Shown piece by piece: positions 25,206 to 37,953 of a DNA stretch of 64,000 nucleotides (positions within the stretch are counted from its first letter, which is position 1; the number at the start of each line of letters is the position of its first letter). Below the pieces are notes generated by a model. It worked only from the letters and a program-made list of their open reading frames with translations. It did not search any database and had not been told where the DNA came from. Source of the DNA: Ylistrum balloti (Eukaryota); assembly GCF_031769215.1 (NCBI RefSeq), contig NW_026782469.1, positions 62,001 to 126,000 on the forward strand. Reading direction: 5' to 3'. Position numbers and translations under genes: made by a program.

Positions 25206-28200
25206 AGTTTAATTCATTGTTTGGCTGTAATCTACTGTATCTCACTCTAAATTATGATAGGTGCTATTCAGTTGTGTGTCTTTTGTACAATCTTTGAACA
25301 GTAATGCTATTCTATATTATGAATCTAGTGCAATTTGTACAAAATTGAATCCTAATAGAACAGTTGAGCGAGCAAACATCTATCTGATAACATACAAAAG
25401 AAAAACAAGGCGCTTTTTTGGTTGAATGTAGACAATTCTATCTTCTACTGTTCATATAACTGTCACTTTTCATGTAATTGAACAAATTGTTTTGATCTTA
25501 TAAAAGTAACAACTGTCTTCACTTATATCTAAAATTTAGCCACAGAAACTAAAACCACACGATAAAACGATGAAGGTGTTTAGTCATTTAAAGATTCTAC
25601 TTTACAATGAATATCAGTTACAATTTCACGCCTATGTACTTTTGTAGAGAAACCCTACTGCCTCGGGCATAACATCTTGTAAATCAGTAACGATTCAAAC
25701 TATTCGTCGCAACGTTTTAACAGATAACACTTGGGCAATTATCTACTCATTCATTGGTGATTATATCAATTAATTGAAAACGCAAAAGCCATAAATTAAA
25801 TCTATCACATGACCTTTGAAGTGAAGAAGACCTAATAGAATTAGTTTGTTATCTTTAAAAAGATTTTAATACGAGTTAGGTTTCTTTCTTTTGTTATCAA
25901 AAGAGATCGAATAACCTTATCATGAGATCAATCCCATTTCTGTAATACATCTGACCCAAAAAACCGGTCCGATAATGTGACCTCATTCATATATAGTCTT
26001 GATTATCTTATTTGGGGTTATTGCTCGAATGGTTATATATTTCATCTTTCCATACGCTATCTGTTAACACAGAGACTTGAAATTATTACTGGCAATGAAA
26101 AATATTTAGAGGTCACCTTGGCAGAATGAAGGAGCGGTTTGAAGTAGTTGTCCTGTTGGACAAGTGTATTTGAATAAAACTAAAGAGTATGAGCGAAGAC
26201 CCAGATTTCAAACTACATTCTCGAGCATCGGTATCAAAGCTGCCACACCTACTCCAGAAGAGAGGCTCTATACATAAATAAAAACAGGATCTTGAATTAA
26301 CAAAAGGAGAAAATACAAAACGCCTATATATATCATATTTGGCAAGTTAGCACATGAAAAATAATCTCGTTTTATCACAGATCTTCTTGTCAAACATAAT
26401 GTACATCAGAGCTTTTGAGATCAAGATAAATTATCAATTTTCTGAGCATTTCTGCTATTTCTGTTCCGATTTTCCTGAAAATTTCATTTTTCCACTGATG
26501 TTACAAAAGAACTTCCACGGCACATGGCCAAATTTAGTTTTACACATCACATGTACCTCATATAATATAAAATACAATAAATCTCTATTTCTCAAATATG
26601 TATCAAATTCGTCATCATTTTTACAATATTTATTGTTTTTTACTATTTCGTAACTAACATATAACAAAAAACTCATACAGCATCCTGTTTTAATCAATAT
26701 GTCCATTCATTTTTTTCTGTATCTTACATGATTACTGGCAGGTAATTGTGCGAGTGGGTTTGTAGAGAAACCCATAGTTCATATTATTGACAATTCATGA
26801 TAGGCTGACACTTGCGCACGCGCGCACAAACGTTTTATCAAATAATCTGTACTGCTACCGTATCGTATATTTAGGTCAGATTTCATCCCAGTTTTTTTCT
26901 CACACAGTCTACCTGAGCTATGATAACGACCTAACCTTACGTAAATTTAGCGTGATCGCAACATAGGGCGCCTTTGTTTTTCTTATGAAAAGCGCCGTGT
27001 CAATGTTCTGTATAGTATTGCACAAACACACTGAGTAGGGCAGGTGCCCAGGCCAGATATCTGAAGTCTTAACTTAACACACGACATGTTTGAACAGCAT
27101 AAGATTGTAACTTAAACGTGTTGGTATAATAACCATAATTAATCTTGTAGGTTTACATAAGGAACACTGTATGTTTTCTTATATAAAACGCCAAATAAAG
27201 TGACAAAGTTAACCTACATTATGATAAGATGACGTAAATATACTCTATTTTTTCAAGAGTTAAGATGACTGGTTTTGGTCGACTATGTACTAAAGAATTA
27301 TAGAACACTTTTTCTTTCCCCGGTGACAGACGACACGATAACTATTTCACCTCGATTTTTATAGAGGATGTTTGACCCAACCGTTATCTATAAGTGTACA
27401 AACGGTTTTGCAATAATTTATTTAATATCGTATCTAAGGTTCGCAGAAATAAAAACGAACCTCTGTTTAAATTTCCACATTTAATATCTAAGTGATTGTT
27501 ACAAATTTGAAAATGATAACATACATACTCTCAGATCGAACTGATCACGTTTGTATCTGTTTGATATAATAACATGGACCTACAGAGACTTACGATTATT
27601 CTCGGTAGATGTCTCAGATTCTCATAACTAGATAATATTAATCAATTTATATCATCTAAGTTTCCATTGTTATTAAAACTCCAACGGCAACAGTTTTAAT
27701 AAACCAATCACCGCCGTCCCTTTGCCAATAAAGAACCTTTCCATTGGGATTAAAAGACTACTGTTATATAAAACTAGTGTTTGCAATCGAAAAGCTGTCT
27801 TGGATTAGTTTTTATAAACACACATCACGTATGTTTTCAGTGATCTTATGGAAAAGATAGCAAAGGTCGTCGACTGCTTATTTAATGGGACTGTTATTCC
27901 GGTCATGGTGGTGCCAGTTCTGGTATTTATATGATTGACCATCGTTTATTTCTGATTTGTCTTGATTCCTGCATCAAGTGATAATCATTATTTGAAAATT
28001 TTAATTTATCCGTAAATAATTTTTTAAATGATATCTTTAGTCTCCTTTTTATTTTTTGTGTCTACGATCACATTGCATCCACGTTTTGACTGAGCATTAT
28101 ATATCATATATATCGTACTACTTTTTCACATCATCTAAAAAATAACAAATTTACTGAGCAATGATATTACTGAGTATTCGAAAGATTTAGTGAATTAAGA

Positions 28201-31017
28201 CATATCTCCTTACCAGACACATGAATACTTTGAAAAATTTCCATTTATCCCTCCCCAATGTTACAGTTCAAAACCGCCAATATCATCTCAAAAGCTGACA
28301 ATGCTAGAACTAGTTAGCTTTAGAAACCATAGTTTATTTAGGTATTAGTGTCACATATCAAGGTAGACATACCACCATGATCGTTTAACGGAGATCATAT
28401 AAAACAGTATTAACAATCCCGTTTGATATCATGAGAAGAAAGATTTAAAACCACAAAACAAACATAGTAATTTTAAAGCACCATGACTTAACTGAAACCG
28501 ATTCTTCATCCTTCTCATAGTGTAAACTATCACCATTCGTCTCTTAAGTTGAACATAATATGACATGTTTGGACTAAGTAAATGTTCTATAAAGAATTAT
28601 TGACTTAAGAACTATTTTTGAAAAATAGGGATATTTGGTTTCGAAAGATGAATGCATTCTCTTCATATTCGGATGTATGGCGAGTCATGCTTGTAAATGG
28701 AATTCTTTCCTTTCTGTGTGCTTACCCTGTGGAACCAGGGTTAATGATCACCTATATATATGTAGTGTATATAAAAGTATGATATATATGTCTTGTCTTA
28801 TTTTAAATAAGAAATCTGATCAAGGTATGATTAACTAAAAACTCATCACGCTTGTCTTGAGACCAATTGTAAAAAGGATTAGGAACTTAACAAACCAAAT
28901 TAACTTTCATTAATCTGTATTCGAACTTTCCATCTAATTCATTCTAAGAGTTATTTTCTCTTCCTGTCCCTATGCAACAGTTTTCAGTACAAAACAAATA
29001 ATTTAAGTAATATTTTCAATAATTTACAACAATATTTCAACTTTATTTTATGTCAGATATTCCTTAAGCTTAACAGGCATTATGTATATTCTTGAAACTT
29101 GTTAGCTTAATGAATATGGCAATAGTGTCGTGTATTGATACTCAAAATTAGATATTTCTTTTTATATATAACTTTAGTTATTTATAACTTAAACGAGGTT
29201 AACTTAATTTGTAATTACATTAAACAGGAATCAATAGATTATAAAAGTATTTTTACTTTTGTTCGTGTATAACCGGTCGTTTTACAAAACCTGACATGCT
29301 GTGGTCAAACCAGTTATGTTAATGTACATACGAACACCTTGACACCCTGCTTAAATCACATACATAATTGTCAAGGATTATGTTACAACGGAAAAAGAGA
29401 GATGGCAATATTTATAGTAAAACACAGTAATTCCAAACACACCTTACCTCGATATAGGTAGAAAACCTAAAACCTTATCAGTTACGAATCCTTATTTTAA
29501 TAAACGAGCAAAGGTTATCGACCTCATTTTAATCTGATATGGGTAACGATCTACCTGAATTTTCATATAGAGTTCCTAAGAAGAGTAGAATGATATGACT
29601 ATCATATAAGTTTCTATTGAATCAACCTTTTGAATATTACGCAATTATTGCCAATGAACATAAAGGATATTTTATATCGGATAACATAATAACTTATCTA
29701 AACATAGTTCTAAAACTCTACATTTTTGCGACCTTTTGAGTGTATAAATGTTCAATATCTGGATTGTTATTGAGGATTATACCAAACAAAGTAAACTATT
29801 CCATTTATCAACAAATCTGAAAATCACTGGCATGATTAAGCTTATTGACTTATCTGTTAATTAACTTTTCAATAGTTTATTCCGAAAAAATATGAAATCA
29901 TAAACAAATTCAAGATTTTATGCATTTTTAACATAGTTGACTCGGGAACCATATTCTTTTAATTTTGATTTCCTGTCTACATTTCCAATGTAGTTCGCTT
30001 CGCTAATTGCGAACAAAAGATCAAAAGGAATTAAATAGTCCTTTTAAATTTTAAGATTGATCATGAGATAACTTTTGATAAAATCGCCGAGAGTTGAACA
30101 AATATTGGTATATATATAGCCAGGTGGTCGAGTATCTACATTTTGACAGGTAAATAGTATGATAAACACTTATATGTTAGAGTATTTCTAACAGCGATAT
30201 TCAGGATCAAATGTTTTCAATAAAATGTTAAATGCACAAAACGTCAACATATCAGCCACCCTATTAAATTGGTTACAAAATAAAACTGTTTATGCACAGA
30301 TTAAAGAATCTTCTTTACAGCCACACTATTCAGTAAACGTTGATACATTTATGCATTCTAGACAACTTTTGACGACCGCTGAATATTAATGGTGTTTTAA
30401 GTTTTGCAGGTCAAAATTGTGCCATCCAATAGATTCACAACAAGAATTTTGGATATTCTTATCAATGTTTCTTTGCGTAAATCAGAGTAGTAGGTCAGAT
30501 TCAGTTTCCTAGTACAAATTACAAATTATCGAATAATTCCATAACGTGTTAGTCATATTTCAAGCGGTAAGTATCCCTTACCAACAGCGTTGTAATACGA
30601 TATTCTTATTACCTACAAACGATATGGTGTAGGTGTCTTGTTGAGATACGTAACGACATCGAGGCTGTTTTGTCTTTGTTTGTAAAGAAGATACGTTTGA
30701 AGCAGTCAGGACTTCCGTACAATTAGAATATATCTACAAAGATTTCCTGAAAGTGTATGTATCAAAAGCATAACCTGATTAAACCGAAACTAACCATGAA
30801 AGACAAGATATATGAACAATACCATAACGAAAATAATATGCTAATATCATATGCATGCAGTAACACAACAAAAGAGAATTTCATATCCAATAAGTATAAT
30901 GTTCTCAATTGCTGGAGACGTTAGTTGTACAACGACTACAATATAAAGTATATACATGAAGATACAGTTAATAGTAATCGATACAAAATATCAATACATT
31001 GGAGTTACTGTACTTAC

Positions 31018-31041
31018 GTTGTGGGGGAGGCGGATCTTGAA
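31018..31041 (-). CDS. vWA gene linker microexon (24 nt)
   Basis: ATTTCATTTTTCAG|TTCAAGATCCGCCTCCCCCACAAC|GTAAGT, phase 1-1. Encodes (L/V)QDPPPPQ. Confidence 0.8.
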
Positions 31042-31772
31042 CTGAAAAATGAAATATGAAAAGATCTTTAATAAATATATAAAAATAATTAGGAAGTATT
31101 TATAAGCTATGCTTCTAAATAACACGGCCAATTCTCCTTATTAAGATTCGTGTTTTTTTTTTTTTTTTTTTGCAGCTTGAAACAGAATATGACCATTAAC
31201 CAAACGTTTGCATTGTTACTTTGTAAATATACCCATAATATATTTTAGCATATTGCACATATGTAATATAGCTTATTGTGACGTCACCTTAGATAATAAT
31301 ACAACGTCACACATTTACAGATAACATTTTGACGTAATAATGTAGACTTAAGATACAGAGCGGACATTACGCAAAGTTTGACGTAGAAATATTCGTTTCT
31401 ACTACATTTCTTGGATAAATCGATTGCGTGATTAAACTTCTAAAATCGTTTCCATTTGACATGTCATACTTGCATAGAAAAATAAATGATTTGGATATAA
31501 GTAACCTACAGATATAAGATAATTATGTACATCGTTAATTTACGAAATACGAAAGTGAATAGATTTGAAAAAAAGTTATTTGGAACACGAAACAAAAATG
31601 TATGCGAGGGAAAAGAAAGTAAGATGAAATAAAAATATAATATAATATAAATGGGGACAAAGAGAACTGACAAGGTGATCGCACAATAATTCCCGCATAA
31701 AACGTCTTTAATCATGAAACCAAACACCGTGAAAATATCGAACCCATCTCCATAACCAAGTTATTAACTATT

Positions 31773-31882
31773 TTCCTTGCACGTCAGATTGAATGCGACC
31801 CTAGATGATCTGGAAATTGATAAAACTTTCCTTACACGTCAGATTGAATGCGATCCTAGGTAAACTGGAAGCTGATAAAACT
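31773..31882. repeat. 55-bp tandem duplication
   Basis: TTCCTTRCACGTCAGATTGAATGCGAYCCTAG... at 31773 and 31828. Confidence 0.8.
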
Positions 31883-32339
31883 GTACATGAAATATTCACT
31901 TCTCAACATATTACGAAAGGTATGTGCCCAACGTGCAACATATTGTCATATTTTCTTGATTTTTATATGATACTTAGATGTAAGTTTGTATGTTGAATAG
32001 TGCAGGAATTCAGAAGGCTAAAGACTAATTTTTATAGGGAACGTAGAATATTATACCCACATTTTTAAAATAAGAATGTCATATTAACAGCACTTTTCTG
32101 ATGCTCAGTAAGAACGTTATATTTTGGATTGATTCGACATTTATACATCTATAAAGTACATTGATTAAAGCTACTCAACGGGTGTATTAAGCTTAATTAA
32201 GGAAGATGTATATGCTATATAATTACAAGCAAAATATTAATATATGTCTGCTCAATATATATTAAATATATATTAAGCAAAGACTGATTTCTGTATCTGT
32301 ATACTAAATATAATGGGAAAAAAATCAAAGTAAAATTAG

Positions 32340-33050
32340 GGACTCGAGGAGATACACCTCAATCCCTTGTTTGCTTTACTTCTAAAGGAATAATTCTTAA
32401 GACTTTCCAAATCCAAGCAGTGTCAGAACTTGACGATAATATTGCGTTATGTGAATATGAGTTAATTTCGAAACTTCAGGAGATACAATATATCTTCTGG
32501 AGGTATATGTTTTTATTCAAAAAGAGTCGGGTGTAACCTTTGACCCTTTGTTCTTAATCAACGAACATCAAATTTTATATTTAGATTAGACACTTCATGT
32601 GACATAACGGGGTAAATAAGAATTTTGTTTGTCGCTTGAGGGATTCAGGGATATCTTGAACACAATTATGTATATCAAAAGTGGACATTTGTGACATTTG
32701 ACTCTTTTGACCTTGACCTATTATCATAAAGATGTAATCAGGTGTAGAACATAATATATCAAGATGTGAAGTAACTTTTTAGAGGAACAACATACAATAT
32801 CTATCACATAATATCTTTATTCTCAAATTGTTCAAATATGACCTATAATCCTTTGACCTTACTGTTAACCACATCATAGTACTTAAATCTAAAACTTAAT
32901 GTTGTGATGACAGATGGCCTAAACATATTGAAGGATTCATAAGGTTTCGGTTAAAGAGGCTTTTGACACGGACGAATGCGCGGGCGCACAGATATCCATA
33001 ACATTATCTTCACTTCATCTTACATCAGTTAGGGATATTAACAGTTGAAA
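32340..33050 (-). mobile_element. HINE/Helentron-like element, reverse orientation, degenerate
   Basis: Repeated TGACC(T)TTGACC cores and a terminal GACACGGACGAATGCGCGGGCGCAC...AGGGATATTAAC segment typical of the reverse strand of these elements. Boundaries are approximate. Confidence 0.55.
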
Positions 33051-33385
33051 TCAAGGTTAAGAATTCTTAATGGGTCAAGGATTAGTACTAGTGACCGCTT
33101 TTAGGACATATTTCCTAGGGCACTACATTTTAACTAGATAAAAATTATTTGAAACGAATCGAAATACGATGTATCCAACTGTTCGGTGGTCTCAATGCAG
33201 TAATACTTAAATTCATTTAAAGCCTAAGTGAAAAACAAATTTCAGGTCTTTTCAAAGATAATTTGGAATCGTGGCTCTCTAAGGGAATGTTTATACGAGA
33301 AAGAGATAAATATCCACTTCAGAAAAATTGTGGTCGATCTACTGTATACGTTTGTTCTTAATCAAGACTGGGTACACTTTGATAC

Positions 33386-33412
33386 CTCTATCTCGGACAA
33401 TGGTCAGTACGT
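33386..33412 (-). CDS. Candidate linker microexon (27 nt)
   Basis: GGTTCTGTATTCAG|ACGTACTGACCATTGTCCGAGATAGAG|GTATCA, phase 1-1, open. Encodes HVLTIVRDR. The composition is less linker-like. Confidence 0.35.
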
Positions 33413-36400
33413 CTGAATACAGAACCAAGTGAGGGGGAAAATTTCGATGGTCATTGAAAATGTTTGAACAGTGTTTGCAAGCAGGGCTTGTTTTCATAAT
33501 AATGTATTTACTTGACTAATTTTAAGAGCTCTCTAGTTTTATTTACTTATCAATTATAACGGTAAACAAATATGAAATATTGTCTGTTGACTTCACGGTG
33601 CTTGTATATCCTTATAGGTCTCCTTCAACTAATTTTGTTGACAGTACAACTGTTTACGGAATTGGAGTTAAATAACATTAGTGGTGAGTATACAGTATAT
33701 TTAGACAAAGTGTTGTCACATGGAATTACATTTAATACGCTAGGTTTTGGTATGGATGCGTTGTATAAAGCATGATAAGCTTCTGGAACCATTATTTTTA
33801 TTAAATATGTCATAATCAGCTGGAGTATAAAACTAATTTAGTTCACAATATAAAAGTAATAATTTAAACTTTATTTCATGCATATGTATAAGTGCTGGAA
33901 ATTTTTGTCATTGTTTAGATATCAAAATTACCTTACAAATAAAGTTAACATATCTTGGTTCAATTGATGTACAGACTTCTGCTTATCAGCTCAATCACAC
34001 GTGTCAAGCTTTATTTCAATAAATTAAGTATAACTGTAAAATTTAAACCAAGGTGAACGACAGGCCAATTTTGAGTTCGACATTACTTTAGAATTTTGGA
34101 GGACAATGGTAAAACGTACTTCAGTGTTTTGATGACATGTATCCTTAGACTAAATCCTCCCCACAGCTGTCTGTAGCCAGCGGGATATTTCAGATTAAAA
34201 CAAGTAAAGTACATGCTTGTCAACGTTGTACTTTTAGTCTAAGCGAGGTAGTTCAAAACCTTTATTGTTAAATATTCCAAATTTTTTGAGAAATTGAAAT
34301 GGTAAATTAGATCCAATTAACATTAAAATGATTGATGATATGCAATCTTAAAGATCCTAGTTAACATTAACTTTAGTTCAGAGAAGCATTCCCCGCATAA
34401 AACAACGGTGTTGATTATCATAGACATTTTAGGTTTCTAATGAACGGTTTTAAAAAATCATTAAAATGATACTTTCTCCATGAAAAGTTGTTAAATTTGA
34501 AATCTTATTGTAAACTCTAGTGTTAGAAGTGTGAAATACAAAAATCCCATAATACAATTAAGACGATGAGTATACAAAAACATAAATGAAATTGTGATTT
34601 TAAAGACAAAGCTAGAATTTTAATGCTGACCTACAATAACACATATGTCCAAAACGCAGTTTACAATAGGGGACTGCATGTAAGAAATTTCCATGAAAAT
34701 TCTCGGATTTTAAACATGTATTGAGAAAAAGAAATCACACAATCAACGGTGTGCCATTGTGGCATTAGACCACCGTATTAGGTCATTGCTCTGTATCATT
34801 AAATTGCTTGTAAAATACAGTAAAATCAGAAATAAATGTGTAGAGAATGCAACAGAGAAATTGTTGAATACGAATACGTCATGACTGGGAAATTGGAACG
34901 TTTTGAAAGTAAGTTTGTTTCCAGATTAATATTAAACATTTTATTCTAAATTAATCCCGATTATGAACTATGTCAAAGCATAAAAAAAGAAATAAAAATC
35001 AAAGTAAGCATTGACTATTGCATCACAAAAGGTTATTCCGGAGATTTTGCACTCCACAGATTTTTTCCCTATCCGCTTAATTTTAATGAAATCATTGAAA
35101 TAACACGGAGATTTGTTGAATGTGCCGAATAGAACTATAAAAGGTGTATATAGATAATTGCATTCTTTCGTTTCAGAACATTCTGTTGGGCTATTTTGGG
35201 CGCCATGACAGAGATGAAGGAATGTTACTAGTACAGTGAAAAATGTCAGGTGTGTTTTGGCAGGTGCTTCTTAGAGGTTAGGCTATCCTTAGTGACAATT
35301 TCTATTATGATAGAAAAGGTGGAGTAGGTCAATGAGTGGTGAACCATCACTTTGATACAGAGGTTGAGTGTATGACTTAGCTAGTCTCAATGAAATAGTT
35401 TGGATACCTTTAACACACCTGTGCTGAGAAAATCAAATAAGGTCAGACAGGGTAAACCAGATTTAAGAAACATCCAATCTTAGTGAACGTTGTTTAGGTT
35501 AAAATCTAGATGTTGATCTTAAATTACACCTAAACTCCTATTTTCCTTAAAATAAAAAAAACAAATGATGATAATGGTGAAAACAAAAGAATAACAGATA
35601 TTAAAAATAAAAAGATTCATATGTAAAATTAGGAATGACTACAATTTTGAATTATATCATAACAAATCAATACGAGTTAAAGTTAACGAAAATAACTACC
35701 TTACTGGCAGCAGTGTGTTTACGAAAACATAGTTAATGTCAACAGAACAAAAAGTGTTCCGCACTTGCCAATGCATCTAGTTTGAAACATCATCATTACG
35801 CAATATTGTTTACCTCGGTTTCGCTACCGTTGATCATGTGATCGAGGAGGAAAAGCGTGTAATCAGTATTATATTATAAGGTGCAACACTATTTTTTTAA
35901 TATTTTCAATTAAATTTTGATAGTCAATATCTAAACAGGTTTGTTTTATATTTCAAAGAATTAATCCCGATTCAAAACGATAAGCAACCATTTTAAGGAC
36001 ACTACTACATTGCAAAAAGCCCTGTCGCCTAATAGTATGTACCTTTTGAAGCAAGCATAACCTAAGCCCTAAGCCGCATTGGCATTTAAGTCGTATACAA
36101 AATGTATATTATTTTTTCTAGATTACTCAATACGAGCTAAATCACCGGATATAAATGCGACGCGAAATAAGAATAAAAACTGTGTAATAATTGTAATTCA
36201 AATTTTAAAACAAAGACGCCAGAAAATAGGCAACTCCCTTCAATCTGATTGAAATTACTATTTCACAGTCATATCCGAATGAAGAAATTGATATTTGGTC
36301 CAATTTTGAAATGTAGCACATCATTATGGCCACTATCAACAGTCACACAACGTCCGTGTACAAGGATATACATTATTGATATAAAAAGGCAGAACAGCGT

Positions 36401-36474
36401 TTCAATCAGATTGAAAATTACAGGGGAAAAATTTGGTTAAATACGAAAGCTATATCAACGAAGTGAACGCTTAC

Positions 36475-36492
36475 GTTCATCCCGATTGGGCG
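36475..36492 (-). CDS. vWA gene linker microexon (18 nt)
   Basis: TTTTGTACTGTTTTTCCAG|CGCCCAATCGGGATGAAC|GTAAGC, phase 1-1. Encodes APNRDE. Confidence 0.75.
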
Positions 36493-36791
36493 CTGGAAAA
36501 ACAGTACAAAACACATTTCTGGGGTGTTTCATAGGTTTACAAAGAGCAAAAAACAAATGAAAGAAAATGTGAATAATTATAACCAAAACGCCCCCGCTGA
36601 CGTTTTTAGAATCTTTTCTACATCATGAAACAATAGTAAATTATATATCAAATGTTACATCTACTGACTAAAATTGATTTAAGAATATTTGTAAATAATT
36701 ATGAAATGAGAGTAATACTTGTGTGTATAATGACATATGATATAATAACTTGGGCGAAGTTACAAAAGGTAAAATATTTAGAGGAATTATA

Positions 36792-36973
36792 ATGTATACC
36801 GGGATATTTTCGGTTAAGGTTATTTTCATCCTTGTACCACTACACAAAAATGCGCTTCATGTTCGTTTCGCCTTCTGAGGATTTCATAAAAGGTTTATAT
36901 ACGTTTCGCATCTACCTTATATTCGCTCTCTTTATTCATGGACGAAAAGGAACAATAATTTCCCGGTATACAG
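36792..36973. mobile_element. TA-flanked MITE, 182 bp
   Basis: TIRs (A)TGTATACCGGGATATT and AATTTCCCGGTATACAG. TA at 36790-91 and 36974-75. Confidence 0.7.
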
Positions 36974-37347
36974 TACATCAAAAGGCTAGAAATCATAAGG
37001 AAATATTCCGGTGACAGGGAATACTACAGAAAATACACTACAAACAAAAATCATTTTCACGAACGCTGAATGTCAGAAAAATAAATATAATAAAGACAAT
37101 TTCCTGACCTGGTATATATGCATATTATGGTTTTTTCGAGTAAGCTACAGATATCTCCCTTATTTGTGTTGACAAAATACGTAAATGTAGATGGTTTAAC
37201 CCTTAAAGTGTAAAATTGTATGGTAAGATTGACCTCATTTCAAATGTTTGTTTCTTGAAGAGTATACGTATAATAATCATTGTTATGATACATGTATATA
37301 TGAAAGTATATATGAGGTATAAATAGATATAAAGGATATGAACTTAC

Positions 37348-37953
37348 CTTCACAAGCTCTGTATGCAACCATTTCAGTCAGAGCTCGTGTATTGAGTTTG
37401 TTGAAATTATCCACCTGAAGGTAATACTTTTCCTCTGGTTTACTAGCGATACCCATGAGTTCACTTGGGTCAATATGGGGTCCTACCCCTATCGAGAATA
37501 CATGACAACCCATAACTTTTAACTCCTCGGCCTCCCCGAGAGTAAGAGACTTTCCCATCTCTTTCGTGTATGGATCAACCCTCCCAGGGTTGGTACCACC
37601 GTCCGTTACTACAATGACAACATTGGGAACATTTGGGCGGTCCCCGACCCCCGGAGTAAACAAGCCTCTCCTTGTTTGGTTTAAAGCTCTATAGGTCACT
37701 GTTGCTGGACCTGCAGCATATTTAATACTTGACACAGCACTTAAGATATCGTTTTCATTTGAAAACTGATTAAAGTTAAATTCAGTGTTTACCACATTAC
37801 TAAATGACACTATAGCAACGCGTGTTTTGTCTGGGCCAAGTTCAAATTCCTGAAGTACTTCCCTCACAAAGCGAAGTTCTTTGTTGAATTCAGGTTCCCC
37901 AATACTTCGCGAAGAGTCTATTACAAATGCTAAGTCAGCTATCTTTCCACAAA
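37348..37953 (-). CDS. vWA gene exon: complete vWA1 domain (matrilin/collagen VI-like)
   Basis: Poly-T TAG| ... |GTAAGT, 606 nt, phase 1-1. Encodes VCGKIADLAFVIDSSRS...VIVVTDG...VFSIGVG...YRACE. Confidence 0.95.

Noticed and set aside
26141-26280. EVVVLLDK (vWA-like) and SEDPDFKLHSR (PLE RT-like) peptides on the plus strand
   Set aside because: Short, stop-interrupted and on the wrong strand for the vWA gene; no further motifs.
22857-30607. In-frame chain of 31-nt, 19-nt and 52-nt candidate exons between the 24-nt microexon and vWA2
   Set aside because: It needs three non-symmetric exons with mediocre sites; such chains arise by chance in 20 kb of AT-rich intron.
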